Shown piece after piece: positions 14,150-27,979 of a stretch of 64,000 nt of DNA (positions are counted from its first letter, which is position 1; each line of letters begins with the position of its first letter). Made by a program: the position numbers and the translations under genes. Source of the DNA: Bugula neritina (Eukaryota; Animalia; Bryozoa). A model generated the notes under the pieces. It saw only the letters and a program-made list of their open reading frames with translations. It ran no database searches and was not told the DNA's origin. Location: contig OZ037766.1 of assembly GCA_964035545.1 (NCBI GenBank), forward strand, positions 13,444,722 to 13,508,721, in the 5' to 3' direction.

Positions 14150-15450
14150 TTTAGTTTTAGTTTTACTTTTACTATTTAATTTTATTGACTCATGAGTCAT
14201 GAATGTTGCTGGAGTTGTTACTTGTTTGTGTTGTTGTTAGATTTAGAGCTAGAGTATCTCTAACACTTACTCTTAGTCTTAGTCTTATACTGACTTATAG
14301 TTACGGTCTTAGAGTTAGTGTTACTGTTACTGTTAGACTTACAGTTACTCTTACTCTTAGTCTAACTCTAAGTCTTAGTTTTATTAGATTGAGATTCAGT
14401 ATCAGTATGACTATGAGTATGAATATAAGTATCACAATGACAATCGCAATGGCCCATAATGGTAATGATAATGAATAAACAATACAAATACTAATACTAA
14501 TAGTGACACTGATAAGGTTTGAGTTAGTGCTGCACTTAGTGATAGTCATAATGATAGACTCATACTCATAGTCATAGTCATTATGATTATCAGAGTTATA
14601 GTGATACTGATAGTGACTGTGATAGTCTTAGTGATTACTGTAGCATATTATACTAAAATCTAATAATAATAGTAATTATCCAGTTCTCTTCTTTTAGTCT
14701 TATAGTTATTATATTTATAGTATTGTTGATAGAAGAATTACTAGTACTTACACTTACAGTTATACAGTTGAAGGTAGTACTTCACTTTAAGACTAATAGT
14801 AATGCTAATAGTTATTCACTTAGAAATTTTGAGTTATGACTATACTAAGTCTAATACTAATAGTGATACTCATACTAATATTAATAACATTAGTAGCAAT
14901 AAAAATAAACGTTAGAATTAGCAGTGGACTTGATACTAATATTTTTATTATTAGTATTTTAAATAAATAACTATTTATACTCACAGTGTAAGTGTTAGAC
15001 TTAAAATGAAACTCAGCCAGTCTACGTCAGTGTCAGACTCACTGTCATTGACACTAATACGGATACAATTTTATGAATTTAAAAGTTATTGTTAGACTTG
15101 ACGCTGCGAATGTGATAGTCATTTTGATTATGTGACTGTGAAAGATATCCGAAAACTTGCCCTTGGGCTTGGGTTTCAACGTTTTACTTTAAATTCAATT
15201 TTATGATTTATAGTTATAACTACGAATATCATTGTTATAAAAATGATAATTGGTAATATAAATTTAATGATTAATAGTCGTACTTAATATTATCATTCTC
15301 AGGGTTAATTATTTTCAGTTTCACTTAATCTGTTTTGGAGGCTAAGTTAAACATAAGATTTAGTAATCATACTCATAATCCTAATGATATTCATAATCAT
15401 GATCATGGGTGATCAAAATGACAGCTATGATAACTAACATGAAACTGAAA
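14150..15450. repeat. Hexamer-periodic low-complexity tract (AGTCTT/ACTGTT/AGTATG/ACTATG-type units)
   Basis: e.g. agtgttactgttactgttagacttacagttactcttactcttagtcta and cagtatcagtatgactatgagtatga. Confidence 0.65.
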
Positions 15451-16651
15451 AAGGAAATACATCATTTACTGTAAATTCCTGTCTCTAGTGATTAAGGGTT
15501 AATGTTTGTAAAAGTTACAAACTTAGTAGTTATTAGTAAAGGCATCAAGATATTGTTAAAAAATTTTAATATCAACACAAATGAATGGCAATAACGCTGG
15601 TAAAATGCAAAAATCAGAATCAGTGAATCATAATGGTAATACTGATACTAATACTCTTGATAATTGTTTTTTTAATTTGCACTCACTTTTAGTTGAAACT
15701 TTATATTAATATTTAAGACCTTCATGCAGCTGTATATAGCTTCTCGGGTTTTAGAGAAGCAATATAAAATGAGAACTGCATATACAGTATTAGTTTTTAA
15801 AGTTGCATTTGAATCTTGAATGCTAGTCCAAATATTTTGAATATATCAGATTTTAGGCAAAACAGCAAAAAATAGTGCCTGTGAACCATTTATGTAACAA
15901 GCTATGAAAGTTTTTATTTCTAGATCAAGTTTATATTTCAGTTTTTTCTTTATTCTGATTTTTAGTTTCAAACAATGAAATTGACTCATTTTATTCAACT
16001 TAGGCTGTTTTGAATTTAGCTTGGTGGTCTTCATTTACCCTCAAAAATCAAATTTAGGTTTTTGTGTATTTGTAAATTGTTAAATTGAAAAGCATGCCCT
16101 CTATTTGACTTCTTATATCTTACTAGTAATATATGCATTAATATATTTTAGTTCTTTTGAAAAAGTTTGATCTTACCTGAAAAATTTGTCATTCAAAATT
16201 TGCTCATAGTGTGCTATTCAAATGTGCCGTTCTAACACACCGCAAGCAATACCATAATTTTGTGCTTTTCAAAACAATTATATACAGAAATAAACTTAAA
16301 ATATGTGCAGGCATTACAACTTGCAGTACTTGACATTATTTTCTTGGTTTTCATTTTTATTTGCTACATAACAACAATATTATTATGATATCATAGATAT
16401 TTTTTTCATATTCTAGTGCCAACTATTTTTCGCGCAATTTAAAAACGTTCCTATAAAGCTTATATTATCATACAATATTTTAATGTTTGTGTGTTTTCAT
16501 TATTGAGTATTTTTGTTCCCCCTCCATATTTTTAGAAAATGAGATACTCAGTTCTTTATGATGCAGTTACGCAAGAACTAATAATTTTAAATATTTCTTT
16601 TTTAGAAGTTGAACATCCAGACCTCGTATTTCTGGATGTTGCATCAAAGTA

Positions 16652-19600
16652 ATGAGTCCTGTTTTCCCCAGGTCATGTAGATTTCAAGCTCACACGGCTG
16701 TCTCAATAGTGTTATTTCTTGTATATCAATTGACATTGCTTAATTGTTCTCAAATTTGTTCTGATGCTTCCACTGCATGTGATCTTACACCACAACAATC
16801 ACTTGCATCTCAAGAGGAGTGCATCTCTCCTATCCTTATCAGCTCTGCCCAGCTGAAAGAGCTACAATGGGTAGGTGTAGTCCCTCTTAAACATACAAAT
16901 ATAATATTTAAAACTGTGCAGCTCCTATATATATAACACATGCCATGTGTAGTGAAATAAAATTACAATCAATAACTGTTATTAAAATTTATTTTTATAA
17001 ATTCAATAGCATTTCCTTTTCTGTTAGGTTTAAAATTTGTGAAGCCTCATCATTTTTTAACTTGAACATACTGCATAGTGCTTTGGTATTAAAGCCAATA
17101 TTAAAAAATTATTTAAACCTCATGTCTAGAAACATTGATGTTTAAATTGAAGATACCAGGCATTTTCATCTCTGACAGGCTCATGCCAATCAATTGATAA
17201 AAAAAATTTAAGATAGTAGAAAAGTTGTTAAAAGGTTTCATGTTATTGCCTAAAATTTACAAAATTAAATTTAATAAAGCACACATGGCTGTTAGTTGTG
17301 GGAGCTAAAGTTACACATGCCAAATTAACCTAGTTAAGTTGAACGTACTGAGTTTATCAATTCTGAGCTATATAGCTTCATAGAACTGTAGTAATGGGGG
17401 GAGGGTTGTTTCTAAATGCGATCTTTAGAAAAGTTCACTGGCAAAATATTACGTTTATTGCAAATAAGAAAATCTGCTTTTTTCATAACTTACTAATACT
17501 TGGGTATGCCAAGTTCTTCTATTGTAAGATTCTAACTGCTTTACAGCTATAAATAAATATAGCTTAAACTCTAAATAATGATAAGGATGCAGATAAGATC
17601 TATGCATAGAAGATAGATACACTGATATGTGTTTGGTTGTGTTACATGTATTTGCGCAGAATAATTCACTATTACTTGCATGCACAAGTATGTGCACCTT
17701 ATTTCCCATATCTCCTTTGCTATAAATTCTTTAAATTTCGTGTACATGAGCGGGTAATTTTTAATTTTTGATTCAAATATTTTATCCCCTCATCAGCTCC
17801 TGGCATACTGCATAACGAAATAGCCTGACTAGGATATAAAGTTTATACAGTGTTTGTTTGTTTTAGGGACAAGACAGTGTGTTTGAACCACAGAATGCTA
17901 ATGGTATGTATTTAGTTGCTGCGTGTCAGACTCATACGTGTAGTTGTTTATGCTCATGTAAGCTGCCTACCAGTACATTGGTTCCTAGACAGGCACAAAC
18001 TTTGTTTGATTATATAAAATTCAGGGTTTGTTCCAGTAATTATGTAGAGAAGATATCAAAATTCTATATCAAGTAATGATTTTTCAGCAGAAAATAATTT
18101 CAGCTGTGTATAAAATACTGCTATGCGAACAGGACAAAGCAGAGAAAGGTGAGAAATGAAATACTGTTTTGTACCATTATGTGTCACATGTATTATAGTC
18201 AAATAGATTAACTTGAAGTTTGTTTTGGTTTATTTTGTGTAATGCTTAATTAAACATTATCAAAGGTACACATGTTTTGAAAGGAATAGTCACGATTTTT
18301 CAAATAATGTGTCATGGAGATAAATTGTTGATGTCAAAATGACTGAAAAAAAAAGTTTTTCAAGCTACCTGATTAAAAACGTGGTAGTGTGTAGTCCTAT
18401 CAGCAGAATTTTATTCTTTTGGGAGAGTGTCAAGATGCCCTTTATCTTTAACAAAATGTCCCATTGTAAACATCTCCTTTTTACTTTAATGTATGATATT
18501 TTTGTGGGATTGGGTAGCTTTTAAATCTATTGACTAATTTCTTGTTCTTGTTGAAGTGAGTCTGGGTAAGTAAGTTATAATATGAGACTGCAATTATAGA
18601 CATTTGGTTTATTTTTGTTGTTGAAGGTGAATATAGTTGTTGTTGAATAATAAGCTTCCTTGCGCTCTTTGAATATTGAAGACTATCTTAGAAATTTATA
18701 GATGATCTCACTGATTCAAGCTGTGCTACATCAAACTATAAGTTATATGGAGGTAGTTGAATTTGGAAAAAAACAGCTGCATATTCTATAATATATGTCA
18801 TGTTAACATAAAATTACTCTAAAATTTCCATTGCAATGTAAAGAACATTTCAGTTGTATTGAGTCTTTCATCAAATCAACCTATGAATCAAAAATTTTAT
18901 AAAAGTAAACGGAATTTATTGCTACTTTCCTTGTAGTCATTTTTTTGCTGGAAATAAGTACCTGATCATATTTGTCTAATGTAACTTTCAAATTTTTAAT
19001 TTTCAATCGAAAAGTTACACATGCCAGTCATTAGAGAGTTGGTAACGCCGAGTCTCAATTGTTTTGTATACTTTAACAAAAATTAGAGCAATGGCAAGTG
19101 TTTTGATTCATTGTTTTAGAAAAAATTCTTTTACATGCTGATTCATTTTGTTTGGAATGTAGATACATTTGAGGATTTTGCCGAGTTTCTTATTTTGATT
19201 GCTGGTGTTGAAAAAATAAACAATCATAATTTTAGTAGTCTTTGCCATGGTTGGGTAGTGCCAAACAGCTCAGATTTCCTTCTCCCAGTTAGACTGGTTT
19301 TTAGACTAATGATCCCTGTCTTCCCAAAGTCAAATGTTCTACTGCTGTAACAACTATTTCAAAGTTTGAAAAACATAATATGTAAAGTGCAGAGTTAGTG
19401 TTTAGTACGATTCCTTTGTAAGGATAGTTTGTTAGTGTAGTGAATAGAAACTTGCTCTACTGTCGAGCATGTAGCTGCTGTAAGGGTTCCTATAATGATA
19501 ATTCTGTTTGGGTGTGTAAAGATATCAACCCAGAGTTACAATCAGTATCAAATAACGTTATTTGATATTGATCATTACAATTGTAGCCAGTAATACGCTG

Positions 19601-22600
19601 ACTTTCACTATTGCAATTAAAAGGTCATCTTTGAAGTTGACTTGTGTGATTTTTGTAACCCTGTGCAAAATATCAAAATTTTATAGATATACTGATTTTG
19701 AGCATATCTAACTTAAGCATATGGTCTAAAGTGTAAACATAAGTTTTTATTATTCAATGATTGGAGGAGGGAATGTTATTGTTTTTTATCATATTAGCTG
19801 TAAGTGGACAAAAATTTTGGGAACTTGTGGAATACTATAATTAGTTAGAAGGCGATAAATTATAAAAAGAGTAATATTTTGATGGTTTTTGATCTTGTAA
19901 GGCTGATACCATTTGGTTGATCCATGTTGGCTATGTAGATATGTTATATATGAAGGATTTGTATGTATGAATATGACGTGTTGGTTTCATGTATTCTCTG
20001 GTATGACTTCAGGCTTGTCAAGCTGATACTTTGAAGCCAAAAAGTTCCAAGATTATTTCTTTTTATAAGAAATCATTGGTTATTGTTGGATACATGAATA
20101 TATTGTATTGTTATGTTTTGTTGTAGTTTGCTCAAAGTGTTGTGCCTTACCAAGCAATGTAGATAAAACAAGCGCATGTGTTGGTGCCCTAAACATATCT
20201 GCAGTGGGAGTCAAATTAGTGAATAACAAGCATCAACTCTATGTTAGATTTACATCTATTTCTTGTAAGTGCAGTAGATCTTTGGTTTATGCTTTTATTC
20301 ATAAGCATCACTAGTGTGAATAATGTTTCACACTATGCGGTATTTATAAAGTCTTTTTTTTTACCTGATTGGCAAGTTGATGTGTTTCTTTTAGGAGTTA
20401 TGTTTTCTTAGTTTTTTGTTTTCTCACTGTTACTAGTTTTTAAAGCGTTTTTATCACGTTACTAATAAATAGTTATAAAATAAATTTTGTTCGAAAGCTT
20501 TTATATTCAAATAGAATTGCATGTAATGAAAAATATTAAGGCTTTTGCTTGCCAAGTAAGTTTTACATACATAATGTTGGTTGTACTCACTTAGAATATC
20601 TTTTGTAGATCATGGTTGCCAATACAGTTTGACTCTGAGGTCCTTAGCGGATCCATCAAATGCTTTATGTAAATTTTATGATGTCAAGTACACACAGCAA
20701 GTGAGTGCTCCACTAATCTCAGTGTGCCTGCAACTAAGTTTTACTGCTAAAACAATTTATGAAAGATTTCAAGAATAAATGTGTTTTTAAACAGAATTAA
20801 TTAATTAAATGTTGATGTTAGGCCACAACTTACTATATAGTTATATCGTTGTTCAAGTTTTAATTTAAACACTATCGTGATTCTGGTTACTTTCTTTAGA
20901 GCATTGTTCTAAAGAATAGTAATAAACATAGTTGGTGTACAGTATAGTTTGTAATTTTGTCCTAGAAATTTAACCTTAGCAGTACACCGCGAAAGTTTAT
21001 AATCATGAATGTGGTTGCTGCGCATTCAAATCAAAATTTTCTAATTCTGCTCAAACAGTTTTAAAATAAATTTTACTTTCTATTTTGTAATTTTGCCATT
21101 GATATTTGACCTTTTCAACTTGACAGTACACAATGAAAAGTTAGACATGTTTAAAATTTGTGCTGCAGGTGAGTTTTAGTGACGAGTGTTTTGTCGAGCT
21201 TGAAGCTAATCACACGTACGACCTGAATATTACTAACCAGGAGAGTGGATATGTGAGACTCTACAGATTCTTCAGTCCCTCAACTCTCGTCACAGATGAT
21301 GGTACGTAGTAAGATGTAGACTCATTTCCAACGTTCTCTTTTTACCATATCAAGTTAGTGGGTGGGGTGTAGTATTTTCACCTCTGCATGTGGTCTGTGG
21401 CATTTGTGAAATTTTCTATGTGTTTTCTTTTTTAAATAATTTTTAAAATGCCTGCAACTTAATATATTATTTAAACTTTTTTTACCCTTTAAAGTATTTT
21501 AAAATACGGTTTTTCTTACATTTAGAATTGTTTTAAAAGCATATGCTAATTTTTTGCGTTGAAACAGTGATTTAGAGCCCCAATCATCATCAGATTATAC
21601 AGACTAGCTGGCTTATAGCGCCACCAGTTTGCAATATATAAGGTGACAAAATAATATTGTATTGTAGAGATCTCACCAGGTGGCATTGACTGGCAACCCC
21701 TCACTGCTATCACCATATATGACAAGCATATAGAAGTGTACATACAGAGACTTCCACAGTCGTTTCCACCATATTACGTGTTGGAACTTCACTACACAAA
21801 CTCCGACGGCATTCACTTGCAGGGCACCCTTACTCGTTGGTTAGATGGGGTGAGTCACCAGTGGCCATCCTGCAGATAGAACATTCTGGATCAAAACGCA
21901 CCAGAACCAATTTTGCTTTGCTTTCCGAAGCACATTTGTAAAGGAAAATGATATGCGCAGTATCTTATGAAGTGATAAAGATGTCAAAAGTGAAAATTAG
22001 TCAAATTTACGTTTATGAAACATTGAATATTTATCCACACAACTTCAATTAAGCTAAACTTTGACGGGAGCAAAACATATAAAAGCTGGCAAGTGGTAGT
22101 CATGTAGACCTGGTTGCCACTTTATCCAGGTGTACACAGCACCATATTCTCTTCCTTAGTTATCTTAAATTATCATTCCCCATGACATGTCAAACACAAT
22201 ATAAAATATAATATAAAATATGTGTTTACAATGTAATGTAGGAATAGTATAGGGAAATTATATATCCAAAATAGTTCGTTTTGCTCTAATACTAGTTCAT
22301 GAATTATATATGTACATTTAAACTCACATATGTTAGAAGTTTCTATTCTTAATGATAGCCCATTGTGAGAGAAATTTCTAAGCAGGCCAAGGATTTTGTC
22401 TAAGTAGAACATGAGCAATTATGACATCACTTGTGCTCAGCATACACATCACTGAGCACAAGTTTGTCAAGTTTTAGAAAACTATGTTAAAGCGATGAAT
22501 TATGCAATAATACCCATACACACATCTTTACGTATACATGGGGAAGTACTGCTTATACAGGATGAAGACTCTGTAAAGTGGCAACGCCCAGGTTCTACAC

Positions 22601-25600
22601 AAGCCAACTTTCTGCAAGTCTACACACTTGAGGTGTATAGATGTGAGCAAAAACCTCTAGAAAACGTTGCTACCAGCTCCAGAGATTTTTCCTGTCAGCT
22701 GTTACAGCGGCACCTCGTAGATTCATCACATATATCCACTCAGCGACCAGATCTCGGTGCTCTGGACTCGATGGCTTCCTCCACAACTAATGGTAGCTGT
22801 TATACAGCCTAGTGGTATTTGGTAGCATGTTTATGTAACGTCAGATAGCAGAATATAACACGATATAATGTAATACAATATATGATACAATGTAATGACG
22901 ATAAGTATGCGTTACAGTTTGTTATAATGCTATTACATGTAATGTAATTCACCATAGATAAAGAGTTTTATAGATTACAAAAAACTCTGCTCTAGCGGTG
23001 TATAGTTTCGTGATGCCTCAGTGCAGACCTTTGTTGCAAGTCTGCAAAGTAGTAGAACTGAAGGGTGCATATTTAGGTCAGATTGTTGTTCAATCGTTTA
23101 ATAATTTGAGTTGTAACTAAATATCTAATCCAACATGTAATATAGTGATATATATATATATATATATATCAATCTGTGGACAACAGCTGTTTCGGGGTTT
23201 GTCCCCTCATCAGCACAGAACAGAGTACCATGGCCCACACCTTCGCAATAGTAGAAACTTATAGTTTTACTAAAGCATATATATATCACTGTTGCTATAT
23301 TCCATGTTATATACATGATTTTTTCTCAAAGTATCATGTGGTATGAAATTAGACTATGGTATATTTTTATTATTATAGACGATGTAGTCTCCAGAAGTAA
23401 AAGTGAAACAGAGCCACAAACTCAGGAGTTGTACATACTGATTGGAACCATCTTTGGAGTTATCTTTCTGGCTATTATAATATTTGTGATCTTGTTTTTA
23501 TATTTCAAGCGAAGGCAAGGCTTAGGTGGGTTATTTCGGGTTATTAAGTTTGCCACAGATTTTCTTAGTATTTGCCGCGATATGCAAAAATTAACAGTGT
23601 TTCTAAATTTTTTATTTAAACTTAGATACCATTGCAGTCATTATATTATGACTAACTGTATTTTAAGTTATATCGTGCAAGATGTGGTTGAGGATTTATA
23701 TCTCAAGTCACTCATCTCCCAGTATCTGTGTTCACCGAAACAAGTTAGAGACTTGTTTTCTGAGACCACAACTCTAAACACTGCAGCATATTCCAGTATT
23801 AGTTATAGTAATTGTGTTTCAACTACACGTGTGTTGTGCATATCCTGGTTGTATCAAAGGTTGTTTATATCGTTACTAGCTGAGGTGCAACAATACATGA
23901 TTATGTTTCAGGTGCTCTTGCAACCAGATTCTCTGGTGGTAATCTTTATAGTGATACTGCATTCTTTGAGGAAGGTATGCTATTATCTAATTCTGATATG
24001 AACATTTCCTTTGTACTAATCTTTAATAATATCTACTTTTTTTCAATTAAGTTGCGTTTATACCTCTGCTGGAAAAAGTTCTGAGTTTCAGTGAATAACA
24101 CTCGTCCGAGTACCCTTTTATAGTCCAACTGAAACTTGGTGAAATCATATTGATGCGAAAGCTTACTTTCTAAAACTGAAATCTGACTCACCTAATTGCT
24201 ATTTGATGTTTTTTGAAAACGCTGTGAATTAAAAGAAGTTGACAGCATAAAAGCGATAATTGAGAAGGTGTAATATAATGTGATATAATTAACATTCACA
24301 TATAAGTACGTCATCTAATAATTAAATACTAATATTTACAAGGAGTTATTACTCCTTTTGAGTATTATTCTGAAATCGGCCGATTAAGTTACCACAGTAC
24401 AAATATTTTGACGAGTGGCTTTTACAATGCAATGCAACTCAGTGAAATTTCAACTCGACCGAATTGAATTTCGGACTGAAAATCGTGAAGGTATAAACTC
24501 AACTTTACACAATGTACTTTTTGACACTAGAAATCTAAAAGCAGTCTCTAGCTTATAGTTTAAAGGAAGATACATACTGGTTTTCTCTCTAGCATTGAAC
24601 CTGTTCCTTGTAGACATAAAGGATGTGGCGCCCACAGTGCTTATTCTCTACTCCTATGATTGCAACCAACATTTAGCCTGCGTCCAATCATTGGCACTCT
24701 TTCTACAAAATGTTTTGGGTTGTTCAGTTATGACGGACTTCTGGGCTACACAAGAAATAACCGAAAGAGGTAACATTTCTATGTTATGTTGCTTCTTGGA
24801 GAGTCTAATATGCTCATGCTAATCGGATTATACAGTTTAGAGGTCTTGACGCAATACATATTCTTAATTTTAAAGTCATATTGAAAAAAAATGCTTTCCA
24901 ATAAGTTTTAGTAACTACGCTCATAATTTAAGTGTGTGATAAGATTGACTAAAACACTTGCCCACAAACCTAAAATATACTGTTATGCAATGAAAGGGCA
25001 ATATTTTTTATTACCATTGAGTATTATACTTGTATGATGAAAACCTACAAGGTTTACGTCGTAAATCTAATGAAGAAATTAAGCATCCAATATTTATCTA
25101 TTATGTTAATTGAACATCATAAATTAAATGGATCAAGTGTATAAACTATAACTGTTTTCAAGTAAAATTTTCTTTTCAACTAGCTAGTCATGAATTGCAT
25201 ACTAATTTCTACTTAAAATAGGTTTAACCTTTTTGCATGAACTACGTATTATATTGCTGATGAACTCGCACTCAGCAGTGTCGAAAGTTGAATAATTCTA
25301 AATGTATGCAGAATTTCTAAGACCTAATTATAGTCTCATCACTTTTTCTCTGTTTTCTGAACAAAAAGTATGATTTTTTTCTAAATTCATTTCTCTAACT
25401 AAATTCATATTCATCTTAAGCACATTCACAAAGTTTATATAAATAAAATTGCTAAATTTATTCTAAACAAACTTTGTTTGTTTTTTAAATTATTTCACAT
25501 ATTTTGTTTTTATTGAAATAAACAATAAACATTTTTGCTGGCTTTTTTATTTATTTATAAAGCAGTAAAAAAATTTCTCAATTTTTAATGAAGTTGCTAG

Positions 25601-27979
25601 CCCATAAGGATATATATTTAAATTTTACTTTTGATATGCAAGAAATGTAGTTCTATTTAAATGCAATGTGTGGTATTTCAACAGGTATACACATGTGGCT
25701 GCATAATAAGATAGCTAGTGTCAACTACGTGATAGTGGTCTGTTCAGCGGGGGCTAGATTCAAGAGTGTCACCACCCGCATAGCTCAATTGGAAGAGGTG
25801 AGTTGTGGGTTGTTATCAACATGTGCATTTCTAGGTTTATAATTCAAACTTGAACCTGTAGTCTACGATGCATGTATGCTTGCCAGCTCTAACTCTTAGA
25901 CTGTGGTTACTCATCTAAATTTTGACGTCATGGTTAACTTATAGATCTGTGAGTAATATTCTAGTGCATTTTGTCACTAACTTTTATGTGGATTTTCTTG
26001 TAGACTGACGATGCATATGTGACTGCCATGAAACTGCTGCAAGCACAAACTGACGCTACTGTTAATCAGAAACTAGTGGCCTATTTTGACTACTCTAGTG
26101 AGTCAGACATACCTGTACTTCTGGAGAATTGGCAGCGGTTCAAGCTGATGTCAGAACTGGACTCTCTTACATCCACTATATTGAATGTGTACAACAAGGG
26201 AGATACTGCCTTTAACAGCTCCATTCGTGATCATCAGCAAGTATACGCGTCAACTTTGCAAGATAAGATAAATGCTTGCAAGACCTACATGACCAATAAT
26301 CCTAATTGGTTTCATGTTAATCTTTGTTCTGAACCAATAGCCGAGCAAAGTAGGGGGGAGCAGAGTACCCCTCCTTCTCAGTTGCTGTCTTTGGTGACTG
26401 TTGAACACGCTAGACATGGCAACACAGACTCCCTAGTTGAACCAAATTTCATTAACTCCAAGACCACCGTGGACTCTGCCAATGTCACACAAACACGTGG
26501 ATTGGAGCACTATCCACACATTAATACTCTCTCTAGCCTGCAGGTCCAAGAACCTTGGCAGTCCCCAAACAAGTTTCCCTGCTCACTCAGCTCTTACTCT
26601 TCCAGCTTAGAGGATCTAGAACATGATGTTGACTTCATTCTACATCCTAGCTTACCAAACAAATCAAAGTCGCACAGTTTACCGAGGCACACTGCTTTAC
26701 ATATGCCTAATACTCTTCCTCAATTACCCATGCTCAATCAACAATACCTAACACTGAATTCTGACACATCATCTGCTCAAGTAAGAGAGATATATGCTCT
26801 GTTCTTTAGTATGCCACGCCTCCAATACTCTTCATAAAGTTTATTATATAATGAATGTTGCCTTAATCATTTTTGGCATGCGATACTTTGATCATTAGGT
26901 AGTTGGTACATGAATCTAATTATTATGTCAACAATTTCTTCTACACATTATCTCAGTTATTAAAACCTGCCTTATTAAATGTATCCTATGGCAGATATGT
27001 TAGTCTGTCTTACATAAATAACTGTTATCATTTTGATCTGATTATACATTAAGACTATATGGACTAATGTTGTGCAATGATTACCAATGAACCCGTAGGA
27101 ACTAATCTTTTTGGTCATAGTAAAATCAAATTGTCTTGCTTCTGGAATTTTTCGGTTTTTATCTAAATTTTACTGAATTTTTCAACTAAGGTTTTTCTCT
27201 TTTCTAACAATATTTTTTTACAAAATTAGTGACGTTTAGACAATGAACAACTTTCAGTACTTTTTATTCTAAAAAAGTTATTGGAGTTGCCTTATTTGCA
27301 GGGAAAAGGTACATGCAATTATTTAAGTTTGTTCAAATTGAGAATTTTCTTTGAAAAACTATCCTTTTAACACAATCAGTGTGTTTTGAAAACCAGCACT
27401 AATTAAAACACGACATGTTTTGTCTGCTCAAAAGCAGCTTATTTGGGTTGGTTGAGCAGGTTTACAAGCACGTGAACTAGCACATTTCTTCGAAAAACTT
27501 CCTGCATACCTTTCTGTCTACTAGTGCCATTATTTAAGTATTTTACGTTATTTAAATTCTCTTTCTATTAAATATACAAACTTTTGTCAACAAAAATGTC
27601 AGATTTGAAAACTTCCCTATCTCAGTGTGTTTTCCACATTTCCTTTTTCCGATGGAGGAGGGGAGTGAATTGGCCATTACAAAAAATATTTTAAACATAA
27701 CAAGCTATGTAGTAATTTTTTACGAAATGCCTGTCTTTAGATCAGTTTCTTGCAATGTGATATGATAATGTAGTTAGTCCAAGTCTGATTTTTCTAGTTT
27801 TGTTTTTCCCTAAAAAAGCACTTCCTAATAGCATTTCAAAAATTATTTTTTAAAGTGATCTATTCTAGTTTTTGACGTATGACTTACTAACACTAGGAAA
27901 ATGGTGATCTATGAACTGGCATTAACTAATAACTGAGTTACTGTTGATATTTTAGGGGAGTTTGAACATTGAGCTTTAA
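16652..27979 (+). CDS. Interleukin-17 receptor-like / SEFIR-domain type I membrane receptor (about 770 aa)
   Basis: Predicted exons: 16652-16870, 17867-17903, 20127-20264, 20609-20700, 21169-21301, 21668-21849, 22561-22792, 23379-23525, 23912-23974, 24614-24769, 25685-25797, 26004-26780, 27956-27979 (last exon tentative). Hydrophobic N-terminal signal; Cys-containing FN3-like ectodomain (CFVELEANHTYDLNI, WQPLTAI); TM LYILIGTIFGVIFLAIIIFVILFLYF-KRR; SEFIR motifs TVLILYSYDCNQHLACVQSLALFLQNVLGCSVMTDFW, WLHNKIASVNYVIVVCS and VAYFDYSSESDIP..L...F.LM. Confidence 0.85.
23170..23276 (-). mobile_element. Short Penelope-like retroelement remnant inserted into an (AT)n microsatellite
   Basis: Carries a hammerhead motif. 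Flanked by (AT)n on both sides (about 23148-23169 and 23277-23286), with the outer flanks agtg-(at)n and (at)n-cact. Confidence 0.55.
23173..23219 (-). ncRNA. Type I hammerhead ribozyme (minimal, PLE-type)
   Basis: Minus strand reads TCTGTG-CTGATGA-GGGG-ACAAA-CCCC-GAA-ACAGCTGTTGT-C-CACAGA. This gives stem I TCTGTG/CACAGA, core CUGAUGA, stem II GGGG/CCCC, GAAA, a short stem III and a GUC cleavage triplet. Confidence 0.8.

Noticed and set aside
14203-14549. ORFs on both strands with alternating S/T-L/V or R-L/V residues (amyloid-like pattern)
   Set aside because: By-product of the hexamer repeat DNA; no splice context or recognisable domain
17775-17800. cccctcatcagc, identical to part of the 23.2-kb hammerhead
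   Set aside because: Lacks the CCCC-GAAA half and stem I; at most a remnant or chance match
22429-22463. 12-bp inverted repeat ACTTGTGCTCAG/CTGAGCACAAGT
   Set aside because: Isolated intronic hairpin; no Helitron CTRR end, TIR partner or TSD seen
23526-24001. 228-aa ORF 23315-24001 as a single exon
   Set aside because: Only 23379-23525 (TM exon) and 23912-23974 (in another frame) fit the splice model; the rest is intron read-through
24040-24870. Possible DNA-transposon/MITE remnants in IL17R-like introns
   Set aside because: Could not identify matching TIR pairs or TSDs by eye; needs a repeat library
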